From: Nemertoderma westbladi
Taxonomy: Eukaryota; Animalia; Xenacoelomorpha
DNA: 64,000 nucleotides
Assembly: GCA_032718475.1 (NCBI GenBank)
Contig: JAUCBJ010007945.1
Location: 119,706-183,705, forward strand
Direction: 5' to 3'
The translations under genes and the position numbers were made by a program. Below the pieces are notes generated by a model. It was not told where the DNA came from. It saw only the letters and a program-made list of their open reading frames with translations, and ran no database searches. Positions 20,301 to 32,034 of this stretch are shown here, piece by piece. Position 1 is the stretch's first letter. Each line of letters starts with the position of its first letter.

Positions 20301-23300
20301 CGCCGAGGAATGGGCGTGTTACCTTGCGAATTGGGCACCCGAGAGGGAAGGCATCACAAACTCCCTCCTCTGTCTCTTCTGTGGAGAGAAACATAAAGTG
20401 GAATTCTGCAGGAAGTTTCAGTTCGCCGAACTCGTCCCACGCTTCGAGGCGATAATGAAACACCGAGGATGCTTCCGGTGTCTTGGAACAGGTCACTATG
20501 TTCGGGATTGCGACCAAAGATCGTGCTGTGCCGTCTGTAATGACCAACGTCATCACACGCTCCTCCACATCCCCGCGAACTTCGATTTCACTACCCTCCC
20601 CTTTCGGATCGAAGCCAAGCGAAGAGGAGAAACGAACCACGTTTTCAAAGGAACCCGGACAACCCAACGGAGAGAAACCAACCCGTTTAAAATCTCCACC
20701 GATACACCACAAGTAACAAATATTTCAGCCACGATTAATCTTATAAATCGCCGCTACAGGGTATTCGCAAAGGTAATCCCAGTAAGGATTCAAGGAGTCG
20801 GCAAATCCCTGACGACGCTCGCGTTCCTTGATAACGGGTCTGACGGAACCATCATCGACCGGGATTTCCTCGAGCAACTCGGCCTAGAATGTGAACCTTG
20901 TAAACGGCCCATACAAACCATCACCGATAACAGAGAGGTAGAGTCCGGGGAGGTGCAACTCCAGATGGAAGGAGTGATGAAGGGCTACGAAACGGTTAAG
21001 TTAACCATCAAGAACGCCTTGGTACACACAGACCTCCGAGTGCGGTTCCGACAATCGGCCGAGTATGCCCCCCTCATACAATTGGACCGAGACGATGTAG
21101 ATCTGAGGTGTCCGCAGTTGGACGTAAGCTGCATCACCCTACTGATCGGACTTGATACACCGGAACTACACATCCCCACCGGAGATATCGCCCGATCTAT
21201 AAAACAGGATGACGGATTTTATGCTGAACGAACAATAATGGGATGGACACTCTGCGGCATTAAGGAAGAAACTACTGACACCTATACCTACCTTCCCAAA
21301 TGTCAGATTAAAGAGAATGCAACCTCCGTGGGTTATTGCTCAGCTACTGACCTTGACGAGGATTTGTTTCTGGAGACCGAGAAAACCCAACAAAAGATGA
21401 CGAAATATTTTAATCTAGAGACCCAGGAGTTCGCTGAAAAGGACGAAAACCCGTCCAAAGAGGATCAATATTGTATGGACGTTCTCGACCAGGCCACGTT
21501 CAAAGACGGACACTGGTGTTCACCTATGTTATGGAAGGACCCAAACAAACCAATGGCAAACAACGCCAGCATGGCACTTAGGCGACTTAAGGGGATTCTA
21601 CGCCGGCTGAATGACCAACCCGAGATAAAGGAGAAATATAATACCGTAATCCAAGGATATCTCGACGATGGATTAGCAGAAATGGTACCACGGAATGAAC
21701 TGCAAGGTGGTAAAAGAACATATTATCTCCCAACCCACTATGTGGTAGAAGCCCGGAAGGGTGGGAAAATCCGAATGGTAAATGATGCCGCCGCTATGTA
21801 CCAGGGCGAATCCCTAAACAGTCAGCTTTACACGGGACCCAACATATATAGTACACTCATCGGCGTATTGATCAGGTTCAGGGAAAACCGGGTAGCATTC
21901 ACCTGCGACATCAAGGCCATGTTTCATCAAGTTCGTACGCTACCAAGAGACTCCGACTGTCTACATATCCTATGGACGGATAAAACACTAACTCAACAGG
22001 AGATTAGTCAACTTACGATAAAGGACGTAGACATAATGCGTATGGTCGTCAGGATCTTCGGCGCTAAGGACTCGCCGGTAGCATGCAGTGACATGCTGAA
22101 GAGGACGGCAACTATGTGCGAAAACGAGTTCCCTCCAACCGTCATAGAAACCATCCGACGATGCTTTTACGTGGACGATGGATGCGCCGGCGCAGATAAT
22201 GTGGACGAGGCATATCGGCTAGCAATGGGGATGGTAGAATGTCTAAAGAAAGGAGGTTTTCCGCTCGTGAAGTTCAGATCCCACGACAAAACACTTATGG
22301 AAAAGTTTCCGGAGGACATCCGACTGGAAAATAACAAAATGTATTCGGAGGATGTGGAACACCGTGTACTCGGGATTGAATGGGACATAGAATCAGACGA
22401 ATTCATTTTCAAATATAAACCCCTACCCAAGCCTATGACAAAAAGGGGATGTTTGTCGATAAAAAGCGCCATCTTCGACCCAATAAATTTCATATCTCCA
22501 GTAACCTTGGCCGGAATGAACCTGATTAAGGAAATGTGGATAGAAGGACTGGGATGGGACGAAGAACTCCCCCCACACCTCAGCGTCAAATGGAGAAAAT
22601 GGACGGAGCAGCTCGAACACCTACATCTTATGCGGATACCTCGACCGTTCTTCCTCGATAAACTACCCACCGATATCTTCCAGCTCCATACCTTCTCGGA
22701 TGCTTCGAATACCGGAATTGGCGTAGTCACCTTCTTACGAAGACTCAGCAATGATGGAAACGGCGATACGAGCTTCTTATTTTCTAAAGCCAAGACAGTA
22801 TCCGGGGAATTCGTAGCAACGATTCCAAGACTCGAGCTACAGGCTGCAGTTTGGGCAGTAAGACAGAATCGCATGGTCATGCGGAACCTACGAATCCCCA
22901 TCGAGTCTCAACACTTCTGGGTCGATTCGAGTATAGTTCTCTATTATCTCCACTCTCCATCACGGCGTCACACTACATTTGTTGCGAACCGAGCCACGGA
23001 GATTAAACAGTGTACCGGCCGAGAACAGTGGCACCATGTGAACGGGAAAGAAAATCCAGCGGACTTATCAAGCCGAGGTGCCACCCCAAAACAACTCGGT
23101 AAAAGTAAACTCTGGCTTACAGGCCCGGAATTCCTACAGCAACCACAATTAACATGGAGTACCCGATTCGACCCCGAACTCGATAGCGGAAAATACTCCG
23201 AGGACGATAAAGAGATCCGTAAAGTCCATAGAAGCAACGCAGTGGAAATTTATAGCTGTCTGACTGAGCCTGCAAAGGACTCGGGCAGGCACTATAACGT

Positions 23301-24873
23301 TGCGACGATCATGCAACCAGCGGCGTCTTTACATCTGTTGATCGAGCGAACCTCTTCAATGAGACGGCTCATCCACCACATTATAACCCTTCGCAACTTC
23401 CTACGGTGGAAAAACAACAAGCCGATAGTTCAACGGAGTATACAAGAACTCATTATCGCGGAGAAGTGTATCGTTGGATATGTCCAGAGAGAAAGTTTCC
23501 CCGATGAGTGGGAACAACTCAGTGCGGGCAAGACCTTGAAACCGGATAGCCCAGTCTACCAACTGAGACCAATGATGGGAGAGGACGGACTGATCCGACT
23601 GAATACCCGGATGGCAAACGCCCCGGTCGAATATGAGGTTAAATACCCGGCGCTTCTGCCCGGAACTTCAACACTAGCCAAGCTATTAATTCAACAATGT
23701 CACGAGGAGAACCATCACGCAGGACAAAACTGGATTATAGCTAATATAAGACAAAGATATTGGATCACACACATCCAGCCACTGATCCGGAAAGTGTTGA
23801 AACGTTGCTTTGTCTGCAGAAGATATCTAGCGCCACCACTCACACAAAAGATGGCCGACTTACCAGCCACCCGTCTACAAGCAGATTCCCCACCGTTCTA
23901 CATCACCGGAGTGGACTGCTTCGGACCGTTTACGGTCATCGAACGGCGATCCAACATCAAATGCTGGGGAGCCATCTTCACCTGCCTTAGGTCTAGGGCA
24001 ATCTACCTAGACATTGTGGTAAACCTGACGCAACACGCATTCATCAACGCTCTGCGTCGGTTCGTGGCGAGCAATGGGACATGTCGTCACATGTATTCCG
24101 ATAACGGCACAAACTTTGTGGGAGGAGAAAGAGAACTTAGAGAGGCGATCGAGGGATGGTTTACCGATAACACCGCATCCCAAGTCTGGAAGGAACACCA
24201 GATACAGTGGCACTTCCAGACCCCCTTAGCACCCCATACGAGCGGGGTATGGGAGAAACTGATCGACCTAGTGAAACGATCCATGCGCGTCGCTCTAGGA
24301 GACACCCGGGTAACCCATGACACCCTCCGCACAACATTCTGCGAGATCACGGCTACCCTGAACAACCGACCCATTGTCCCTATCCGCGACGACCCCACAG
24401 ACCTGGAGCCCCTTACTCCTAATCACCTACTGGGGAGACCTAAAACTCATGTTCTCCCGGAGACAATGTTTCCGGATCCCAACGATATTACGAGACATAC
24501 AAACTGGAAGAAGGCCCAAGCGTTGGCAGCGCATTGGTGGAGAATCTGGGCCCAGGAGTACCTCATAACCCTCCGGACCAGGAGGAAGTGGAACAACACC
24601 TACAGGAATGTCGAAGTTGGCGACATGGTACTAGTAAAAGAAGACCTTAAAGACCGCGTCCACTGGCCTGTGGCGCGAGTCGTGGCAATACAACCGAGTA
24701 AAGACGGACTTGCGAGGACTGTGACGATACGAACGGCAAAGGGCCACTACCAACGCCCTATCCAGAGGCTGTGCCTTCTCGAAGGCAATGACAGCGGTGA
24801 CTCTACGAGAGGTGATAAGTTCCCTACTCAAGATCCTGCTGCAGACATTGGTGACAATTACAAATGCGTATAA
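17322..24873 (+). pseudogene. gag-pol: B1 gag-pol polyprotein, interrupted by the RTE insertion at 18660-19518
   Basis: Coiled-coil N-terminus; TFEGDPVDYLRF; CLFC/CFRC/CAVC knuckles; PR FLDNGS; RT FYVDD; RNase H FSDAS; IN GVDCFGP...YSDNGTNF...WEKLI. Confidence 0.95.
18660..19518 (+). mobile_element. 5'-truncated RTE-like LINE inserted in B1 gag
   Basis: 12-bp TSD GCCAATAACTAT (18648-18659 and 19519-19530); absent from B2; DFADDL, FCYLGS, KVRLFRAAVVPVLLYG; (TAG)n tail. Confidence 0.95.
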
Positions 24874-25168
24874 ACCCTTCTCATCCTGTTGACAAACTCT
24901 TTTAAACTGTGATTTATCGACATTGAAAATGGACCCCCCTTAAACCAACTGTAACCACGCAAATGGTATTTGTGTTTCCTCGTGTGTTATGTGGAGTCCA
25001 GCGTCACCCTGCAGATGTTTCGGCTGACGCAGGGTCGTTTATGTATTGTTTACCCTGATTTTGGTCATCGGGACCAACGCCATTGGATTATTGGAGATGG
25101 TAAAGATTTGAAGTGGAATTCATTGTATTCATCGCAGTATGTTATGTTGTCCGTTGCGTGCGCAGTTC

Positions 25169-25568
25169 GGGGCGTAGGCGGTGTAACTAGTCCAGCTGTA
25201 GATCCCGGATTGCCGCGCAACACCCCCTCTATCCCGTTATTCTGGTGGGTCCATGGTGCATCCACATGACTTCGACGATAGAGGGTTTTATGTTTCTCAG
25301 TCGCGTTATTCTGGTGGGACCATTGCGTGGATTTTGGGGCGTAGGCGGTGTAACTAGTCCAGCTGTAGATCCCAGAATGTTGCGTAACCCCATCCCACAT
25401 GACTTCGTCGACTGAGCTTTATGTTGTTGGAAGTGTTATTCTGGTGGGTCCCTGGTGCATCCACGTGACTTCACTCCCAGCGTCTTCATTGTCCGTTACG
25501 TGAGCAGTTTGGGGCGTAGGCGGTGTAACTAGCCCAGCTGTAGATCCCAGATTGCCGCGTAACACCCC
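25169..25568 (+). repeat. Three interleaved repeats between B1 pol and the accessory ORF
   Basis: GGGGCGTAGGCGGTGTAACTAG.CCAGCTGTAGATCCC x3 and GTTATTCTGGTGGG x3. Confidence 0.9.
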
Positions 25569-26160
25569 TTCCACAACAAAGATTTCCCAAAGAAGATGAT
25601 TGAATGTAGTTGGAAATGATGAAAAGGATCAGACAACTCTACTATAAACCGAATGGTGACGCGTATGATGATGAAAATGTAATGATGCGCACCCTGGTGC
25701 TGCGCTTATAACAAATGATGATAGCCGGGGGCTATAACCCCAATGATGATGTGGAAATAAACAAAATTGAGAATAAATGGTGGAACTAAATGATGTGGAA
25801 ATGTGGAAATAAATGAAATGTGAAATAAACGGTGGAAATAAATGTGTTGAAATATGTTGAAATAAATGAAATGAGATGAAATAATAAAGAGAAATGAAAA
25901 AAGACAAAAAAAAGGTATAAAAAAGTCTGAAGAAAAGAATTGGAAAAAAGAAATGACATAAAAAGTCAAAAAAACTGGTTGGATATTAATGTATAGTTAT
26001 AGTAACTGTAAATGCTGAATGTATTAGCAATAAGATGATAGATGCCTATATAGCAATGTTATTTAATAAACTGAACTGAATTATTCTGCAATCACTATAG
26101 TTTCAGACTTTCTGGACTTATAATTAACTGATCTAATTTGTAACGAATATAATCGTAAAT

Positions 26161-28756
26161 ATGGACCCAAATCGCCAAATTATCGGCGAATTACGTAACA
26201 CGATAGATCTACTGGAATATTCGCAACCCGGATCCCCTGACTTTGATACAAATTGGAGCACCCTGCTAAATGAGAACGTGCGAGTCGTTAAATTCACCGG
26301 GCGAGAGGGACCGGATTCCAAGAATCTACGAGCCCTCCGGTTAGCCGATGCTAGTACGAGACTGAAAAGAACTCGGAACGCAAAGGCAACCGTAGGGGAC
26401 GATTCGTCGTTTTGGGAAACGTTCCGGCAGAGCGTCTACAGATCCCGATGTTTGATCTACGACAACGAGGGAAACGCGACGCCCACCTCGAAAGCGATTA
26501 CGTTGGTGAGATGTCAAAGTTTCGTCGACGACAAGAGTACGTACCTCGCCCACTGGGGAAACCTGTCGGAGTGTACGGCGACGCTTCGAGAGGAACGTAT
26601 ATCGACCATCCAGAATCGACTACCAGGAAAAGTACGGGGCGAAAGAATACGGTCGATCCTTGGTCGTCGTCCTCGGAACCCTGGACGGTTTGGTATTGGT
26701 GTGTCGAATATTTCCGACACCCAGACAGGAAGTGCAGGCAGCCGGAGCGATCTGGTTGCTACCTCCGGAAATCCAAAAGATCCTCTTCGACTTCGACGTC
26801 ATTAAAATTGGGTCGGATATAAAGGCGGACGTCCGGAACGACTACGCGAACGCTCCTTCAGGAAGAAACCGACGAGACGACCTCAATGCCCTTAGCCATT
26901 GCGTCGACACTCAAACGCTACTAGCCTGGTTACGATTCGCCGAGTTCATGCGAGGATTCCAAGAGGTGAGACCGACGAAATCCGGGATCGGCTACCTTGC
27001 TGTGCTAAACGGCGGCATCGACTTCAAACCCCAGAAATTCCGGGACTATAATAAAATATATGGTGGATACCCGGGATTAGAAATAAAGAGCGAGCGAGAG
27101 GGTCGATGGAAGGACGTTGATCGGAAGTGGACGATACACCAAAGGTGGGAGAATCCCGATCGACGGAACTACGTCTATGTCGTTATGGAGTGCTACACCG
27201 TCGCTAAGTTTATCTGTAAAACTCTCGATAACCTTATTACGGCGGTTCCTCTTTCCTTCGTCGACTACGACTGGAACGAGGTTATAAACCACGCATTCAA
27301 AGCGGTCGAGAACATCACACCGGGAGAGACTAAAACACTCGCTGTTATCGATTCCTGGGACGAGAGCGGACCTTACGACATCCCTACGATTACCGAACTT
27401 CTCGGTGCGGAGGAGCCTCTGATTTCTTCGGAAGGGGAAGAAATATGGCTAAATGGGGGTGTTATACTCTCCACCCCGAAGCGACAACTCGAGCCGGAGG
27501 CCGCTTACCAACCGGCCGCCAAACGGGTTGCCTCCTCCGAACCAACGACGGAAGCGGGCGTTTCCTCACCACTCGGCTTCGGTAGCCCTGCGAGGGAGTT
27601 GGTTACTACCTTCGCGTTAAATGACTTCGGTGATACGTGCCAAAGGTTATCCCCATATCCTTTCCCGGGTGGCGAAGACTGGTCGTCGGAGATTCCGAGT
27701 ACCAGCAATCAACGGACCCGCTCAGCGATATTGGTCGAGAAGGGCCCCAGCGCTGCGCCGACTCATGACGATCTCCTCGGAATCCCTCCGTCGAAAACCC
27801 CGGCACCTCTTCTCCGACCAGCGGTGGCTACTACACCCTCCGTTCCTCAGGATCCTATGTGACTAACCCGTTGGTACGCCGAGCAAACCGAATGGATCCA
27901 CCGCCAGAAACGGTCGTCCGAGTTGAGACCGACGGGACACAAAGAAGGTTATCGTAGCGAGGACCTACTATGCAAAAGCCCAGCCTTCCGCGGGCTACCG
28001 ACCACCGCGAATATTCAGAAGAGCGACCGACGACTCGAGTATCACGTCGGCGTCCCGATTCCGATATTCCCCAGTCTAGAGATGCAGTTGGAGGTGTGCG
28101 GCGACTGTGGTTCGGAGCAGTGCCCACACGGTAGAAGGAATCGGGTTACCGATTCATGCCTCCAGCTCCTCGGGATACTCTATTGCCCATACTGCGCGAC
28201 ATCGGGCCACGACGTTTCCGTCTGTCCGATCCTATATAACCTCTGCACCACGTGCGGTTTCCGTGGACATTCCTCTAGCCCCCGCTGCTATATCAAATGT
28301 CCTACCAAAGACGTTACCGCTATGGGAAATATGGTCATGTTTGAAACATATGCAAACAGCCACATAAAGACCAAGGTTCGGAGAAACGCTCGGAATATCG
28401 CGCAGGAGATGGCGTGCGGGTACTTCTCCTTCCCGGAACGCCTCCACACGTCGGCCACGCTGCCTTTCCATTACGTGGATTTGTTGCTGAGCGCTGGATT
28501 ATTCGGCCCATTCGAAGTCATTAGACGCTTATACTCGTATAAAGAGGAGTTCGGTGACGGAGAGTGGTTCCTCGAGGCTCGCAACTCCGAGTTGGAACGA
28601 CGAACCGATATGATCCCAATGCCATCGAAAGGAAGAGCCGCCAGGAGACAAGCCGAAGCGTTGCTCACGATGGATGTTGACGCTCCTCTACCAGCTATAG
28701 CGATCGACGAGAGCCGATGGGCGAAGAGGCGAAAGGCGTATCAGAGAAAGAAATAG
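26161..28756 (+). pseudogene. B1 accessory ORF: DEDDy-like exonuclease and CCHC knuckles (5-nt deletion near 26616, stop at 27860-27862)
   Basis: LIYDNEG, LLPPEIQKILFDFDVIKIGSDIKAD, CVDTQ, SGIGYLA, YVYVVMEC; CPYCATSGHDVSVC and CTTCGFRGHSSSPRC. The B1/B2 consensus gives one ORF of about 866 aa. Confidence 0.85.
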
Positions 28757-28921
28757 TGGATCGGGATATTCCAGGAACATTTATCGAACATTTATTTTTA
28801 TACATATATATATAAACTCTAGGCCAAATTAATTAAAACTATGCAATATTAAATTTGGGTTTTTTATATTGGGAATGACCTACGCAAACTCAATCTACCG
28901 ATAGACCTCACGAAGGTCATT

Positions 28922-28930
28922 GGGGGGGAC
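28922..28930 (+). promoter_or_regulatory. B1 polypurine tract
   Basis: GGGGGGGAC immediately before the 3' LTR. Confidence 0.85.
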
Positions 28931-30460
28931 TGTTCGCGGTATTTCAACTTTTTATAACGCGAGTTGAATATTTTTTGTATTAATTTAAAATGATTATTCC
29001 GATATTACTACTGGGTGCGGGACCATGGGTTTTGGGCACATTCTATAAACTGGGGGCGATTTATGGGCGAACTTTGGGGCGACTTACAGGGTACGGGACT
29101 AATTTCATGTTTATAAGGGCCAAGGGGGGATGGAAAATTCAAGCAGTATTCAGGTTAGCCTGATTACTATTAGGCCCTGGCCAACTTCCTGCTGCCTGTA
29201 GAGGTGGATTTGGTAACGCTCCAGGCCTAAAGGACAAGGACTGCCCTTAGCGGTCCCTGGCCAACAGCAGTTATTACGAGCCTGAAAAGGACATCGGAAC
29301 GCCAGCTGCTTGTGTCAGGGACTTGCGACGGGAAACGACACGACAGACCCCTAGCCAAGCCGTACTGGTTCTCGATGATCGTTCCCTTCGGGGTTCGTGA
29401 GGGGTGGGACGGACACGCGAAAGGGTCTACCGACTAACAGAGGAAGGGTTTGACGAGGACTGCCCTTAGGGGTCTCTGGTCAACAGCAGTTATTACGAGC
29501 CTGAAAAGGACATCGGAACGCCGGCTGCTTGTACCAGGGATTTGCGACGGGACCGACGACAGACCCCTTAGCCAAGCCGTACTGGTTCTCGATGATCGTT
29601 CCCTTCGGGGTTCGTGAGGGGTGGGACGGACACGCGACGGGGTCGAAAGACAAAGGACTGGACTCTACCGGCCTACCGACTGTTCGGAGCAGTTTCTCGG
29701 CTGCCGAAGTGACTACGAGCCTGAAAGGGACTCGGAAAGCCTAGGTGGTTGGGTTTCTGCGATGAACCGACGGACCCCTAGCCAAGCCGTACTGGTTCTC
29801 GATGATCGTCCCCTTCGGGGTTCGTGAGGGGTGGGACGGACACGCGAACGGGTCCACCGACACGACAGACTCCTAGCCAAGCCGTACTGGTTCTCGATGA
29901 CCGATCCCTTCGGGGTTCGAGAGGGGTGGTACGGATACGCGACAGAGTCTACCGACTGGACCAACCCTTAGCCAAGCCGTGCTGGTTCTCGATGATCGAT
30001 CCCTTCGGGGTTCGGGAGGGGTGGAACGGACACGCGACAGGGTCGACCGACACCGACACTACGGCATCAAGACTAGGACCGAGGGAAAATCTGGGGAACA
30101 TTAGTTAGGCTAAAATCTGAGCGAACAGTGGGTAATTAAATAATATACTGTAGGGATTTATATTGTCGTGTATAATTATTGTGAATATTTGGTGTATATT
30201 GATTTGGGGAAGCCCAAAATTATTCTCAATCAGGATTGTACATTGTTACAGGATTGTAACAGGATTCAGGGTTCAGTGAGATTAACTACATTAAAGAATA
30301 TATCCAACCAATGCAGCTTTTTCTCAACCGCAATCCTGCATCTAAGAAATTCCTCCTTCTCCACAATCAATATCCGGTGACTGGCCGGGACTCCGTGGTC
30401 TGTAAAGCCCCGCCTCCAGCATCGGCGTTTTTCCCCCCTGGTGTCGGGATAACGGCAACA
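28931..30460 (+). repeat. B1 3' LTR (1530 bp)
   Basis: Direct repeat of 15356-16886. Confidence 0.97.
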
Positions 30461-30825
30461 TGTAACTTACTCGTGATGTCGTTGAGTTGGTCTAACGTTA
30501 ACAGATTTGGATTGTTAACACTGCATAGGAGGTTGTTAGTGTTGAGTTCCACGTCTTCCTTGTATCTATTCAGGTCGCTCTCAGTTGCTCGTTCCCAGCA
30601 TATCCTAGGTTTCATTTTCCTTTGGTGTCCTGGGCAATTGTCTTTTTTCGGGCTACCGAGAGGACAGATGAAACTGCACACAACCAGTACATGATCAGAT
30701 AAATTGGTTGGGGGATCACGTTCATAGACAGCACCATTGATGGGGGAGAGTGAGCTGTTTGTAACGATATGATCAATGTAGGACTCTCCATTACCGTGGA
30801 AAGTTACGCATGGTCCACTGATGCG

Positions 30826-32010
30826 CACATGCTAGCAATCGATCTGACTGCTGCCTTTGACAGCATCGATCACAGAACACTTTTCGAAAAGCTACAAAAA
30901 ACAGACATTAACAAACGACTAATTAATCTACTGGAAGCATATTACCACAACTCAACCGCCCAAATGAGAACAGGCAGAAGGGTGTACACTGAACCTATCA
31001 AACTCGACAAAGGAATACGGCAAGGAGGCATACTATCTGCCTGGTTCTTCAATTTCTACTTACAAGACCTCTTCGAGACCCTAGGAGAATCTGGGCTAGG
31101 ACTACATCTCGGCACAGAATCATACCCGGCCCTTGGTTACGCCGACGACCTATTGTTGCTAGCAAACCTTAAGGATGATCTCCAACAACAAATCGATATA
31201 TGCACCACGTTCTTTGCCAGAAATGGCCTCACCATAAACACAAAAAAATCGCATTACGTAAGATGTTCCGGTACACAACCAAAAACAACACCAATTGAAG
31301 GTACGCAACCAAAAACAACACCAATAGAAGGCTACACCATACAAGTAGGACCAGTATTCCTACACGAGGAGGCCAGCTGTAAATACCTAGGTTTACCACT
31401 TCCAGGTACACCGCAAACGATCAGAGACCACATAACCAAGCGCTGCTTTTGGAATGTATCAAGGATGCGATCACGGGGCCTAACAGCCCACAACATACCT
31501 CTACAAATCACCAAAAAAATCTGGAACACAATCTGCCTCCCGTCTATCGCATATGGTATTGCAAATGTGGATGACGCCTCTGTGACCCAACTATCAATAG
31601 TAATACGAAAGGCGATGAGATCGATCATTGGCGTGGGGAACTACGTCTCAAACACCACCTTACACAAACTGTTGCGATGCGACGACCTGGAATCAATCGT
31701 CGCACACAGCAGATGTAGACTCCTGTACAGCGCCATCAACTCAGGAAACATAAAAATTGCACACCTCTACACAACACTGTTTAGCCAACACCTATGCGAT
31801 ACCTACACAGAACCAACTTTTGTCGAGTACTCCATTGCGAGTTGGAGGAGTAACCTACCCACCCTACACAGCATCGTAACAGCCTCCTACAACATAAAAC
31901 TGGTGATCAAGGGCTCACGAAAACACTGCAAGCCCGTCCTGAGCACCAAGGACTGTGCATTATTAATACCCCACTTACAGGGACCGCACGACAGACCCAA
32001 AACTGGTGTG
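30826..32010 (+). pseudogene. LINE-alpha ORF2, 3' half (RT core and C-terminus)
   Basis: AIDLTAAFDSI, GIRQGGILS, LGYADD, KYLG; contains a 30-bp tandem duplication (GTQPKTTPIE x2). The 3' boundary is approximate. Confidence 0.9.
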
Positions 32011-32034
32011 ACCGTACGGGCGGGGGGGGGGGGG

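Larger units (their letters stand above)
15356..30460 (+). mobile_element. BEL/Pao LTR retrotransposon family B, copy B1 (full length, 15.1 kb including a nested RTE)
   Basis: TGTT...AACA LTRs, 5-bp TSD TGTAA (15351-15355 and 30461-30465), gag-PR-RT-RH-IN order. Confidence 0.97.
8831..30825 (-). mobile_element. LINE-beta (5'-truncated, minus strand) inserted in the LINE-alpha RT; its own sequence is 8831-11154, 15263-15355 and 30461-30825
   Basis: Flanked by CACAT (8826-8830 and 30826-30830); (ATG)n tail on the minus strand at 8831-8837; APE end YIDHIV...LSDHVLV at 30690-30780. Confidence 0.88.

Noticed and set aside
32004-32021. tRNA-Ile-like PBS (TGGTGTGACCGTACGGG) for A2
   Set aside because: It needs an indel and a mismatch relative to the tRNA-Ile end as I recall it, and no LTR precedes it.
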